Positions 11,129-21,122 of a stretch of DNA of 64,000 bases are shown here, piece by piece (the first letter of the stretch is position 1; every line of letters starts with the position of its first letter). The stretch spans positions 1 to 64,000 of the forward strand of contig JBNJDT010000004.1 of NCBI GenBank assembly GCA_051745145.1, in the 5' to 3' direction. Source of the DNA: Elusimicrobiota bacterium (GTDB taxonomy: Bacteria > CG03 > SLGR01 > JAGXOG01). Under the pieces are notes generated by a model, which was given only the letters and a program-made list of their open reading frames with translations, was not told the origin of the DNA and did not search any database. A program made the translations under genes and the position numbers.

Positions 11129-11506
11129 ATGAAAAAATTAGTAAGTTTAGGTGCTCTGGTAGGGGTTGCCGTTTTAGTCTCTGGATGTGGTCCTAATCCA
11201 TCTTTGTACAGGAAAATGTTTTATCCGGTTAATAAAATCGTAAAATCCGGTCCGGTATTCCAAATTCAGATAGATGGTCCGACTGAAGCAAATGTCGGTG
11301 ATGTTCTTGAAATTACTGCTACAGCCGTGGATGAAAATAATAGAGAGGTTACAGCTGATATAAACTGGGAAGTCGATGATTCTTTTGAACTTATTTCGGA
11401 AGAAGGAAATACAGCAAAAGTAGAAGCGGTTTCATCGGGTCTCTCTTTTATTAATGCCGAGACTGAAGAAGAAAGCGGTACATTGGGAATACAGGTAAAA
11501 GAATAA
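11129..11506 (+). CDS. lipoprotein with Ig-like (Big_2-like) domain
   Basis: Lipobox LVSG-C, beta-rich acidic C-terminal domain (ITATAVDE..INW), SD AGGAGG. Confidence 0.75.
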   Translation: MKKLVSLGALVGVAVLVSGCGPNPSLYRKMFYPVNKIVKSGPVFQIQIDGPTEANVGDVLEITATAVDENNREVTADINWEVDDSFELISEEGNTAKVEAVSSGLSFINAETEEESGTLGIQVKE

Positions 11507-11567
11507 AGATAGTCTAAATAGTTGGATCCCGGAAAAATAATAATTCTGATATCGGGATAAAGTATAT

Positions 11568-11606
11568 TGCGCCGAATTTTTTGACTTAGGTCTGAAATTC
11601 GGCGCA
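11568..11606 (+). terminator. GC-rich hairpin, possible intrinsic terminator
   Basis: 12-bp perfect inverted repeat TGCGCCGAATTT / AAATTCGGCGCA with an inner GAC-TTAG-GTC stem, followed by TCTTAGTTTTT. Confidence 0.45.
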
Positions 11607-11623
11607 TCTTAGTTTTTAATTCT

Positions 11624-12874
11624 ATGCAATTTTCAAATTTACCCGATAAAACGGGCGTGTATCTGTTTATGGATAATGCTTACCAAGTGGTTTATGTAGG
11701 CAAGGCTAAATCCTTACAAAAAAGAGTGCGGCAGCATTTTGGAGGTAAATATCTTGATTCCCGCCATATATCCATGATATCTCAGGTGAGGTCGGTAGAT
11801 TATATTATCACTGAAAATGAAAATGAAGCTTTACTTTTGGAAAACAAACTAATCAAGAATGTAAAACCCCGGTATAATATAGCTTTAAAAGATGATAAAA
11901 GTTACCCCTATCTTGAAATTACAACTTCTCAAAAATTCCCGGTCTTAAGGATAAGTAGAAATAGGCGTAAGGGAAATAAATATTTTGGACCGTTTCCCAA
12001 AGTTAAAGATATTCGAGCGGCTAAAAAAGTTATTGGCAGGATTTTTCCTCTTAGAAAATGTAAAAATTTCCGAAAAAGAAAAAGACCGTGTCTTAATTAT
12101 CAAATAGGAAAATGTCTGTCTCCGTGTACAGACAGAATAGCAGAGGAAGAATATTCAAAAATTGTAGAAAGAATTACTCTGTTCTTAAAGGGCAAGAGAA
12201 AAAAGTTAATAGATAAATTAAAAAAACGAATGCATAGGTTTAAAAAAGACAAGGCATATGAAAATGCCGCCCGGGTAAGAGACCAGATAGAAAAACTTGA
12301 AAATATTTTCCCGGTAGTGAATTTTAGAGAAGTTACCCAGAAAAAGGTCCAGGCGTTAAATAAAATTGATCCGCTTTATTCTCTTAAAGACTATCTAGAT
12401 ATGGAGTTTAAGCCTGAGGTAATAGAGGCATTTGATATTTCTCATACTTCTTCTAAGGAAGCAGTCGGGGCTATGGTATATTTTAAAAACGGCCAGCCGG
12501 ATAAATCTAATTACAGAAGATTTAAAATAAAACAGGGAGAGACGGCGGATGATTTAAAGATGCTCCGGGAAGTAGTATACAGACGGTTACGGCGCCTGAC
12601 AGAGGAGAACCGGAAATTACCCGATATAATATTAATAGACGGTGGTAAAACCCAGCTTAAAGCAGTAAGTAAAATAGCCCAAAAATTTAAGATTGGAAAT
12701 CTTAGAATTATATCTCTGGCTAAGGGAAAGGGAAATATATTCTACAACGGTAAAAAATTGGATATAAATTCCGAAAGTCCTGTGTACCGGCTAATAAAGA
12801 GAATTGATGACGAAGTTCACCGTTTTGCAATAGCTTATCACCGATATCGTCGGCGGGAGAAATTTAAAAATTAA
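11624..12874 (+). CDS. uvrC: excinuclease ABC subunit C (short form)
   Basis: GIY-YIG (GVYLF..YVGKAKSL), Cys cluster, UVR motif (YENAARVRDQI), RNaseH-like domain (IEAFDISH, DDL, LIDGGKTQ, DEVHRFA); ends without HhH. Confidence 0.9.
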   Translation: MQFSNLPDKTGVYLFMDNAYQVVYVGKAKSLQKRVRQHFGGKYLDSRHISMISQVRSVDYIITENENEALLLENKLIKNVKPRYNIALKDDKSYPYLEITTSQKFPVLRISRNRRKGNKYFGPFPKVKDIRAAKKVIGRIFPLRKCKNFRKRKRPCLNYQIGKCLSPCTDRIAEEEYSKIVERITLFLKGKRKKLIDKLKKRMHRFKKDKAYENAARVRDQIEKLENIFPVVNFREVTQKKVQALNKIDPLYSLKDYLDMEFKPEVIEAFDISHTSSKEAVGAMVYFKNGQPDKSNYRRFKIKQGETADDLKMLREVVYRRLRRLTEENRKLPDIILIDGGKTQLKAVSKIAQKFKIGNLRIISLAKGKGNIFYNGKKLDINSESPVYRLIKRIDDEVHRFAIAYHRYRRREKFKN

Positions 12875-12907
12875 CATGCTATATGTATATAACGGGATAA
12901 AGTGTTT

Positions 12908-13396
12908 ATGAGAAGATTAGTATCTTTTATCTTAATCATCTTTTTAACTCTACCGGTCTCGAGTTATTCTGCCAGTTACGAGTGGGATTGGGAGCATGAT
13001 TTGTGGGTTGAACAGCTTGCAAAAAAATATGGGATACAAGCGAGTTTAATTAAAGGATTGATTAAAGCTGAATCAAATTTTAAATTTACCGAGTCAAGTA
13101 AAGGAGCGGTTGGCTTTATGCAGGTTAAACCCGAAACTGCAAGAAGTGTAGGTATACCGGATGTAAATGACCCGGTGCAGAATATAAAAGCGGGAGTGAA
13201 ATTTTTAAATATTCTTTTAGAGAGATTTAATAATAATATACCTCTTGCCCTGGCAGCCTATAATGCCGGACCCGGTGCGGTTGAAAAACACAACGGTATT
13301 CCTCCCTATCCAGAGACCTGTAATTTTGTGTTTAAAGTTTTGAGATTTCGGAAAGAATTTGAAAGTGGGAGGAAAAAGAATAATTATATTTTTTAA
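12908..13396 (+). CDS. soluble lytic transglycosylase (SLT domain) with signal peptide
   Basis: IKAESNF, GAVGFMQV, ALAAYNAGPG, PPYPET motifs. Confidence 0.92.
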   Translation: MRRLVSFILIIFLTLPVSSYSASYEWDWEHDLWVEQLAKKYGIQASLIKGLIKAESNFKFTESSKGAVGFMQVKPETARSVGIPDVNDPVQNIKAGVKFLNILLERFNNNIPLALAAYNAGPGAVEKHNGIPPYPETCNFVFKVLRFRKEFESGRKKNNYIF

Positions 13397-13474
13397 ATTT
13401 AGTTTTCTTCCTCAAAGTCTGATAAATATCTAAAATTTGAAAATTGATGTATATATATATAAGATAAATTAGCT

Positions 13475-16447
13475 ATGAATAATATATTAATGATAATATT
13501 TTCAGTAATAGGCCTGGTAGGCTTGATCTACGCTATTTTTAACTTTCAGTCTATTATTAATGCTGTAATAGGAACTCCTTCTGAAAGGAAGATGAAGAAA
13601 TTACAGACTCTGGTAGATAAAGTGAATTCTCTTGAAGATTCTATGTTGGAGCTTTCCGATGAGCAGTTAAAAGAAAAAAGAGATGAATTTAAAGAGCGGT
13701 ATAATGAGGGGGAAAATTTAGAAGAACTTATGCCCGAAGCTTTTGCCGTAGTCAGAGAAGTATGTCGCCGTAAAGTTGACATGCGCCACTTTAATGTACA
13801 GTTAAAAGGTGGAGCTGTGCTTTTTGAGGGTAATATTTCAGAAATGTCTACCGGTGAGGGAAAAACTCTTGTAGCTATTCTTCCGGCTTATCTTCAATCT
13901 ATTTCCGGCACATCCGTTCATATTATAACTGTAAATGACTACCTAGCTAAAAGAGATGCTGAATGGATGGGACCGGCCTATAGATCTTTAGGAATGTCCG
14001 TCGGTTTTGTCCAGAGCGACATGAAACCCCGGCAAAGAAAAGAAAATTATAATTCCGATGTAGTTTATATTACAAACAATGAAATAGGATTTGACTATTT
14101 GCGTGATAATATGGCCCGTTCCCCCGAGCAGCAGGTTCAGGGAAATTTGGAATACGCCATAATAGATGAGGTGGATAGCGTTCTTATAGACGAAGCCAGG
14201 ACACCGCTTATAATTTCAGGTCCATCCGGTAAATCTTCTGATAAATATCACAAAGTCCATAAGATAATGAAATATCTTAAAATCAGGTTTATTACGGAAG
14301 ACGAAGCTATAAACGAAAAGCACAAGTTTGAAGAATCCGGAAAAAAAGGGGATTACCGTGATGAACTTGAAAAAGATTATGATGCCATAATATATGAAGA
14401 TAAAAAAGATGCTCATCTTACTGAGCGGGGAACAAGAAAATGTGAGGAACTTTTGGATGTTAATCTGTTTGATGATGTGGGCGGGGAGTGGCTCCATCAC
14501 ATAAAACAGGCTTTAAAAGCAGAAGGGATGGATTCGGATACCGGTCACGGTCCGTTATTTAAAAAAGAAGATAATTATATCGTAAAGGACGGTAAAGTCG
14601 TAATTGTAGATGAGTTTACCGGTCGGCTTATGCCTGGTCGAAGATGGTCAGATGGTTTACATCAGGCTGTAGAAGCTAAAGAGAATTTAAAGACAAAAAG
14701 AGAAAATCAAACTTTAGCCACTATAACTTTCCAAAATTTTTTTAATTTATACGATAAACTTGCCGGAATGACGGGAACGGCTCTTACAGAACAGGCTGAA
14801 TTCCACGGTATTTATGATTTAAAGGTTTTTGCTATTCCCACCAATAAACCCTTGAAAAGAGAGGAGATGCCGGATTCCATATATCAGACTGAAGAGGAAA
14901 AATTTGAAGCAATAATTGAAGCAATAAAAAAATATCACCGGGAAGGGCGTCCGCTGCTGGTAGGGTCGCGCTCTATTGAAGTCAGCGAAAAAATTTCAGC
15001 CAGATTAAAAAGAAAGGGGATCAAGCACAATGTATTAAACGCTAAACATCATATGAGAGAAGCCGAAATTGTTGCTCAGGCCGGAAGGAAAGAAGCCGTA
15101 ACAATATCCACTAATATGGCTGGAAGGGGTACAGATATTGTACTGGGCGGAAATCCGGATTATATGGCCCGACGAGAAATGGAAAGAAATGACTGGGAAC
15201 ACAATATTATTGTAAAAGCTGCCGAAAAAACTGCTCCGAAAACCGACGAGGAAGAAGAGGCGAAAAAAGTTTACAATAAATATTTTAAACAATTTAAAAA
15301 AGAGACCGATAGGGAGCATAAAGAAGTAGTGGAACTTGGTGGACTTCACGTAATAGGAACTGAACGCCATGAATCAAGACGTATAGATAATCAGCTCAGG
15401 GGAAGAGCGGGAAGACAGGGTGATCCCGGCTCGTCCAGATTTTATGTCTCACTTGAAGATGAATTGATGCGACTTTTCGGATCTGAAAAAATAACAAAAG
15501 CTATGGATACTTTAGGAGGACTCGATAGGGGTGAAAAAATTGAACATCCTCTCATATCTCGGGCTATAAGCCGTGCGCAAAAGAGGATTGAGGGGATGAA
15601 TTTTCAAATGAGAAAAAAGTTGCTCGAGTATGACAATGTTATGGATAAACAGAGAAAGTCAATATACTTCCATAGAAACCGATTATTGCGTGGAGAACAC
15701 ATTGAGGAAGAACTGCTGGGGTTTATAGAAGATTATGTGGATATGATATTAGAGCAGACAAAAGAAGTGAAAAGGGGACGGGAACGAGTACAGAAAAAAA
15801 TAGTTTCGGAAAAACAACATCCGGAACAGTGGGATACAGATTATATAGAGTCGGAATTGGTAAATACAATCGGATTGAATATAGATATAGATTCAGATGA
15901 TTTTATAAGTTCTAAGGTATACGGCTTAAGGAAAATGCTTGAAACTAAGATAAAAGAATTTTACAATATTCGCAAAAAAAAGATGGGGGAAGAGGATTTA
16001 AAAGATATGGCTAGGGTAATAATGATACAGATAATTGATGCCAGATGGAAAGATCATCTTAGGGTGCTCGATCAGATTAAAGAATCAGTAACTTTTTCAG
16101 GATATGCCGGAAAAGATCCGATTATTGAATATAAACAGAAATCTTTTGAAGCTTTTACGAAACTAATGGATACCATTAAAAAAGAAGTTCTTATATATTT
16201 GTTCAGAGCTTCCAGCGATGTTATAAATTCCCGTATTTCCGGCTATCAGGGTAAAGAAGTAAAACCTGAAGCAAAAACCCCCGACGCAGCTAATAAAGGC
16301 GATACCCCTCAAAATTTAAGCGGCGGTCGAAGCCGGGGACAGAATCAGAATAAAGTAAAACAGCGGGTAGTGGATAAAGATGTGGGACGCAATGATCCAT
16401 GTCCGTGCGGCAGTGGAAAAAAATATAAACATTGCTGCGGCAGGTAA
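13475..16447 (+). CDS. secA: preprotein translocase ATPase SecA
   Basis: TGEGKT, DEVDSVLIDEARTPLIISG, TNMAGRGTDI, QLRGRAGRQGDPG, C-terminal SEC-C motif GRNDPCPCGSGKKYKHCC. Confidence 0.98.
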   Translation: MNNILMIIFSVIGLVGLIYAIFNFQSIINAVIGTPSERKMKKLQTLVDKVNSLEDSMLELSDEQLKEKRDEFKERYNEGENLEELMPEAFAVVREVCRRKVDMRHFNVQLKGGAVLFEGNISEMSTGEGKTLVAILPAYLQSISGTSVHIITVNDYLAKRDAEWMGPAYRSLGMSVGFVQSDMKPRQRKENYNSDVVYITNNEIGFDYLRDNMARSPEQQVQGNLEYAIIDEVDSVLIDEARTPLIISGPSGKSSDKYHKVHKIMKYLKIRFITEDEAINEKHKFEESGKKGDYRDELEKDYDAIIYEDKKDAHLTERGTRKCEELLDVNLFDDVGGEWLHHIKQALKAEGMDSDTGHGPLFKKEDNYIVKDGKVVIVDEFTGRLMPGRRWSDGLHQAVEAKENLKTKRENQTLATITFQNFFNLYDKLAGMTGTALTEQAEFHGIYDLKVFAIPTNKPLKREEMPDSIYQTEEEKFEAIIEAIKKYHREGRPLLVGSRSIEVSEKISARLKRKGIKHNVLNAKHHMREAEIVAQAGRKEAVTISTNMAGRGTDIVLGGNPDYMARREMERNDWEHNIIVKAAEKTAPKTDEEEEAKKVYNKYFKQFKKETDREHKEVVELGGLHVIGTERHESRRIDNQLRGRAGRQGDPGSSRFYVSLEDELMRLFGSEKITKAMDTLGGLDRGEKIEHPLISRAISRAQKRIEGMNFQMRKKLLEYDNVMDKQRKSIYFHRNRLLRGEHIEEELLGFIEDYVDMILEQTKEVKRGRERVQKKIVSEKQHPEQWDTDYIESELVNTIGLNIDIDSDDFISSKVYGLRKMLETKIKEFYNIRKKKMGEEDLKDMARVIMIQIIDARWKDHLRVLDQIKESVTFSGYAGKDPIIEYKQKSFEAFTKLMDTIKKEVLIYLFRASSDVINSRISGYQGKEVKPEAKTPDAANKGDTPQNLSGGRSRGQNQNKVKQRVVDKDVGRNDPCPCGSGKKYKHCCGR

Positions 16448-16454
16448 CTAGAAA

Positions 16455-17933
16455 TTGTTTGTTATATTGTCGGGCGTTTTATATGCCCTAATATTTCCTA
16501 AATTTAATTTTTCATTTCTATCTTTTTTTTTCCTTGTTCCCTTACTTTTATATATTTTTAAAAACCCATCAGAAAGTATAAAAAATATATTTTTTAAAAG
16601 CTGGATAGCCGGGACTATCTGTTATATAATACTTCTTTACTGGGTTTTTTATCCTTTGTGGCTTAGCGGGGCAGGAATTTTAGGAGCTAGTGCGGGTGTT
16701 TTTTTTCTGGCTTTGTACTTAGGTTTGTATTGGGCTGTTTTTGGCATATCTATTTACTATATAAAAAAAAATAGATTTCCCCTTCTTATATTTTTAATTC
16801 CCGCATTCTGGATTTTTCTGGAATTTGTAAGAGCTCATTTATTATCCGGTTTTCCATGGCTTCTAGCCGGGTATTCATTATGGAAAATACCTTACTTAAT
16901 ACAGTTAGCCGATATAACCGGCGTTTACGGAATAAGTTTTTTAGTGGTCTTAATAAATACGGTAATTTCACTTACGATTTTTCGTAAATCTCTTAAACCA
17001 GTTTTACGGGGAGTTCCGGTTTTTATTTTGGTCTCTTTTTATCCTTTTTTAGGGGGAAATGTGAATACTGGTTCCTCCCGCAGAATAAGTATTCTACAGG
17101 GTAATATTTCTCAATATGAGAAGTGGAACTCCGATTATGAACAGAATATTTTGGATACATATAGGAATTTACATAAAAAAGCTGTTAAATTTAATCCCGA
17201 AATTATAGTATGGCCGGAGACATCTTTACCGGGAGTTTTACTCAGAGATTCCGATTTGGTAAATTATATGAGAGAACTTTCTGAAAATTCCGGAGCAGTT
17301 GAGATAGTAGGAAGTATGGAGCAGGACAGAGAAAGAATTTATAATAGTGCTTATTCTATTAAAAAAGGTAAAATATCTTCGCCCTATCGGAAGGTACATC
17401 TTACCCCTTTTGGGGAATTTATACCATTCAGATCGTTTTTCTCTCTTTTTATAGGGGTAGTAAACGAAATAGGAGATTTTCATTCCGGGGAAAATATAGA
17501 TATACTTCCAGCCGGCGATTTTCAGGCGGGTACGGCAATCTGTTTTGAAAGTATATTTCCCTATATAGCAAGAGAATTTTTTAAGCAGGGGGCACAATTA
17601 TATGTAAATATAACAAATGACGGCTGGTTTTTAGATTCTGCGGGACCAGAACAGCATTTTATTCATTCTGTCTTTCGTTCGGTTGAGAATAGAAAATATA
17701 CCGTAAGAGCTGCTAATACTGGCATATCCGGTATAATATCTCCATTCGGAAAGATAAAACAGAGGACTGAATTGATGAAAGCGGAGGTTGTAAACGGTAC
17801 CGTTTATACTTCCAATCAGAAGACATTTTACACAAAATATGGTGATGTTTTTGTCTATTTTTGTATAATAATACTACTAATAATTCCGGTTTTTTATTCT
17901 TATAGTTCTGGAAAAATTTTAAAAGATATATGA
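16455..17933 (+). CDS. lnt: apolipoprotein N-acyltransferase
   Basis: GFPW, QGNI, WPET (Glu), KVHLTPFGE (Lys), ICFES (Cys), NDGWF, RSVEN; the TTG start is uncertain. Confidence 0.95.
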   Translation: MFVILSGVLYALIFPKFNFSFLSFFFLVPLLLYIFKNPSESIKNIFFKSWIAGTICYIILLYWVFYPLWLSGAGILGASAGVFFLALYLGLYWAVFGISIYYIKKNRFPLLIFLIPAFWIFLEFVRAHLLSGFPWLLAGYSLWKIPYLIQLADITGVYGISFLVVLINTVISLTIFRKSLKPVLRGVPVFILVSFYPFLGGNVNTGSSRRISILQGNISQYEKWNSDYEQNILDTYRNLHKKAVKFNPEIIVWPETSLPGVLLRDSDLVNYMRELSENSGAVEIVGSMEQDRERIYNSAYSIKKGKISSPYRKVHLTPFGEFIPFRSFFSLFIGVVNEIGDFHSGENIDILPAGDFQAGTAICFESIFPYIAREFFKQGAQLYVNITNDGWFLDSAGPEQHFIHSVFRSVENRKYTVRAANTGISGIISPFGKIKQRTELMKAEVVNGTVYTSNQKTFYTKYGDVFVYFCIIILLIIPVFYSYSSGKILKDI

Positions 17934-17991
17934 AATTTTAATATGATTAATAATAAGGTTTATAGTGACTAAATAAAAAGAGGAGATAGTA

Positions 17992-19090
17992 ATGTTTGAA
18001 AAGCTTGCAGACAAACTTGGTAAACTCAAAGAAGATGTTGAAAATATAAGGGGGTATCTTTGAAATACCTGAAAAGAAAAAAAAATATAATAATTTAAAG
18101 AAAAAAACTACCAGCCCCGGTTTTTGGGATAATAATAAAAAAGCCCGGAAAATAATGAAGGAGTTTGATGAGGTTAAATCTGAGATTAAATTATATGAAA
18201 ATTTGAAAGAAAATATTAATGAAATCAGTACTCTGATAGAGTTAGCCCGGGAAGAAAATGAAAAAAGTCTTAAAGAAGAGATAGAACAAAATTTACGAAA
18301 ATTAGAAAAAGAAGTTAACAAAATTTCCTTCCGGTTAAAAATGTCCGGAAAAATGGATAAAAAAAGTGCAATATTATCCATATATGCTGGAGCGGGTGGG
18401 ACAGAAGCCTGCGACTGGGTGGATATGTTAACCAGGATGTATAAACAATGGGCTTCTCAACATAATTATCCGGTGGATGTTGTGGAAGTTACGCCAGGGG
18501 ATGAAGCCGGTTTAAAAAGTATAACGATGATAATAGATGGGGAATATGTTTATGGTTATTTAAAGGGAGAAGTGGGAGTGCACAGATTGGTAAGGATTTC
18601 GCCGTTTGACTCCGGTGACCGGCGGCATACTTCTTTTGCCGCTTGTGATGTAACCCCTAAGATAGAAGATGATATCCAGGTAAATATAAATGAAAATGAT
18701 TTGAGAATTGATACTTACAGGGCATCCGGCCACGGAGGTCAGCATGTGAATAAAACTGATTCTGCGGTAAGAATAACTCACAAACCCACCGGTATAGTTG
18801 TTCAGTGTCAGGATTCTCCTTCCCAGCATACCAACCGGAAAAAAGCGCGTATGTTATTGAGAGCCAGATTGTATGAATATGAAAAAGATAGACGCCGGGA
18901 GGCCACTCAAAAAAAATATGACCAGAAGGGAGAAATAGGCTGGGGAAATCAGATACGTTCTTATGTTTTTATGCCCTATCAAATGGTGAGGGATCACAGA
19001 ACAGGATTAAAAGTGGGAAATATAGAAGCAGTAATGGACGGGGAGATAGATGAGTTTATAGAATCTTATCTTAACTATAAAGCAGAATAA
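17992..19090 (+). CDS. prfB: peptide chain release factor 2, programmed +1 frameshift at codon 23
   Basis: SD AGGAG and ATG 17992; internal AGGGGG-TAT-CTT-TGA (18049-18063); the +1 frame from 18062 runs into the ORF carrying SPF and GGQ motifs. Confidence 0.96.
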
Positions 19091-19106
19091 TAAAGTAAAA
19101 AATAGA

Positions 19107-19135
19107 TTGAATTTCTCAATAACAAATGCTATTAT
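19107..19135 (+). promoter_or_regulatory. putative sigma70 promoter with extended -10
   Basis: TTGAAT, 17-nt spacer, TGc-TATTAT; SD AGGAGG at 19141. Confidence 0.55.
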
Positions 19136-19151
19136 AATTTAGGAGGATATT

Positions 19152-19898
19152 ATGGAAATAAAAAAAATATTGTTTTGTTTTTTTGTATTATTTCTTGTTA
19201 TTTTTAACAGTTCATTTAGTTATGCTCAGGAAAAAGAAAAGCCTGTTCCCGAATATATTTCCTGCGAAGAACTTTACGGGAAAATTGAAGAGCTACGGCA
19301 AACAGATGATATATTTTCTACTGTTTTAATTGATTTACACCCACAAAAATACAAGATGGAACATATACCTTTTTCAATTCCTATGAATATTGAAGATATC
19401 CCTCTTCATATAGATAAATTTAAAAAATTTGAAGAAATAATTCTATATTGCCATTGTTCTAATCCTGAGTATGCTCTGTACGGTGCCGCAGCGATAACCA
19501 GTTTTGGAATTGATAATGTTAAAGTTTTAAAAAATTTTGAAAGATGGCAGGCTGACTATTCCATGATAAAAAATCCGAGAAGTACTTTTCCTCCTGCGTA
19601 TAAATATTTTTTAGAAAAATCAACAGATGATTTTGTAATGTATGACATACGAGACGGAAAAAAATTTAAAAAACAGCATATCAGTGGAGCTGAAAATATT
19701 GAGTACGAAGATTTAATTTCATCTGAAACTTATAAAGATATGCCTTCTAACAGAGTTAAAGTAATAGTTTCCAGTGACGGCATTAAAAGCGGTCAGGCTG
19801 TGGAATTTTTAAAAAATAAAGGGGTATCACATATTTTTAATTTACCGGGAGGAATTTTAAAATGGATAGAGGATGGGAAGCCGGTGAAAAGCGATTAA
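19152..19898 (+). CDS. exported tandem rhodanese-domain protein
   Basis: Signal peptide; two rhodanese repeats (LIDL..HIPFS..IILYCHC; YDIR..HISGAENI..NLPGGILKW). Confidence 0.8.
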   Translation: MEIKKILFCFFVLFLVIFNSSFSYAQEKEKPVPEYISCEELYGKIEELRQTDDIFSTVLIDLHPQKYKMEHIPFSIPMNIEDIPLHIDKFKKFEEIILYCHCSNPEYALYGAAAITSFGIDNVKVLKNFERWQADYSMIKNPRSTFPPAYKYFLEKSTDDFVMYDIRDGKKFKKQHISGAENIEYEDLISSETYKDMPSNRVKVIVSSDGIKSGQAVEFLKNKGVSHIFNLPGGILKWIEDGKPVKSD

Positions 19899-20057
19899 AT
19901 TTAAATACTGGAAAAATTATTCGAGAATATTCATAATTACTTTAAAATTAATATTAAGACAAAATTTTGACATCCCTCCAAATAAAAAAAAGTTTTTCAG
20001 TTATGAATATAGCTAAAAACAATATAAATATTGACTACAACTTTCTAAAAGATTTTG

Positions 20058-21122
20058 ATGATTATACATACTTCTGATTTACATATTAAAGAGGCAGGTG
20101 ATGAGCGCTGGAAAGCCCTTAAAGAAATTTTAAAAATTTCAGAGGAAAGGAAAGCAAAAGTTTTTGTTATAAGTGGTGATCTTTTTGATAAAGATGTTAG
20201 TGCCCGAAAATTAAAAGTTAAATTACGGAAACTTTTTTCCGATACCCCGTTTCAAATTATCATACTCCCCGGCAATCACGACTCAAGTTCATTCAAACCG
20301 GGGCTAAATTTTGGCAGTCGGGTTACTTTACTTACGGATTTTAAAAACCCGGTTGTATTGGAAAATGAGAAATTAAGGATATGGGGGTTGCCATTTGAGG
20401 ATATAGATGAAGTTGATATTATCGATCGATTAAAGATCCTAAAAGAGAAAATACCAGATGATAATTTTTGCAATGTTTTACTCTACCACGGTCAGCTTAT
20501 AGCTGGCGGTTACAGATACAATGATTTTGGTAAAGAGGGCAGAAAAAAATATATGCCCGTTAAACTTTCTGATTTTGAAGGGTTAAAAATTAATTATGTT
20601 CTGGGGGGACATTACCATACAAATTTTAGAAAACATGAGTATTCTGAGGGAGAGTATTTTATCTACCCCGGTTCTCCGGTTCCGGTAACCCGCAAAGAAA
20701 CCGGTAAAAGGTATGTTGATTTTATAAAACCGGGGGACCAACCCAAAAAAATAGAGGTGCCCGGGCATTACTATAAAAATGTAGAAATAACACTTGATCC
20801 GGAAGGAGAAAGCCAGGTAAAACAAAAAATAAAAACTACCTTGGAAAAAATTTCCGGGAATGTAAAACTTATTCTAGAAGTAAATGGTTATATAACCGGT
20901 GAAAAAATAACAGAAGTGGAACTGGAAGATTTTACCCGTAAACAGGCAAAAAACCAGGTTGATTTAGTGGAATTGAAGTTCAGAGTAGATGACATAGGGG
21001 AAGTTCTAACCGATGATTTATACCGTAAATTTATCAAAAAATTAGATGAAAAAAATTTACCTTCTCAAAAGAAAAAAAAGGTCAAAGAATTAGTTATAAA
21101 ATCGATGAGAGAGGTACTGTAA
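20058..21122 (+). CDS. SbcD/Mre11-like metallophosphoesterase nuclease (YhaO-like)
   Basis: HTSDLH, SGDLFD, PGNHD, YHG, GGHYH, YPGSP motifs. Confidence 0.9.
   Translation: MIIHTSDLHIKEAGDERWKALKEILKISEERKAKVFVISGDLFDKDVSARKLKVKLRKLFSDTPFQIIILPGNHDSSSFKPGLNFGSRVTLLTDFKNPVVLENEKLRIWGLPFEDIDEVDIIDRLKILKEKIPDDNFCNVLLYHGQLIAGGYRYNDFGKEGRKKYMPVKLSDFEGLKINYVLGGHYHTNFRKHEYSEGEYFIYPGSPVPVTRKETGKRYVDFIKPGDQPKKIEVPGHYYKNVEITLDPEGESQVKQKIKTTLEKISGNVKLILEVNGYITGEKITEVELEDFTRKQAKNQVDLVELKFRVDDIGEVLTDDLYRKFIKKLDEKNLPSQKKKKVKELVIKSMREVL

Noticed and set aside
18077..18085. A9 tract in prfB as a second slippage site
   Set aside because: The frame is intact through it (Lys codons), and such A runs are common in this AT-rich sequence.
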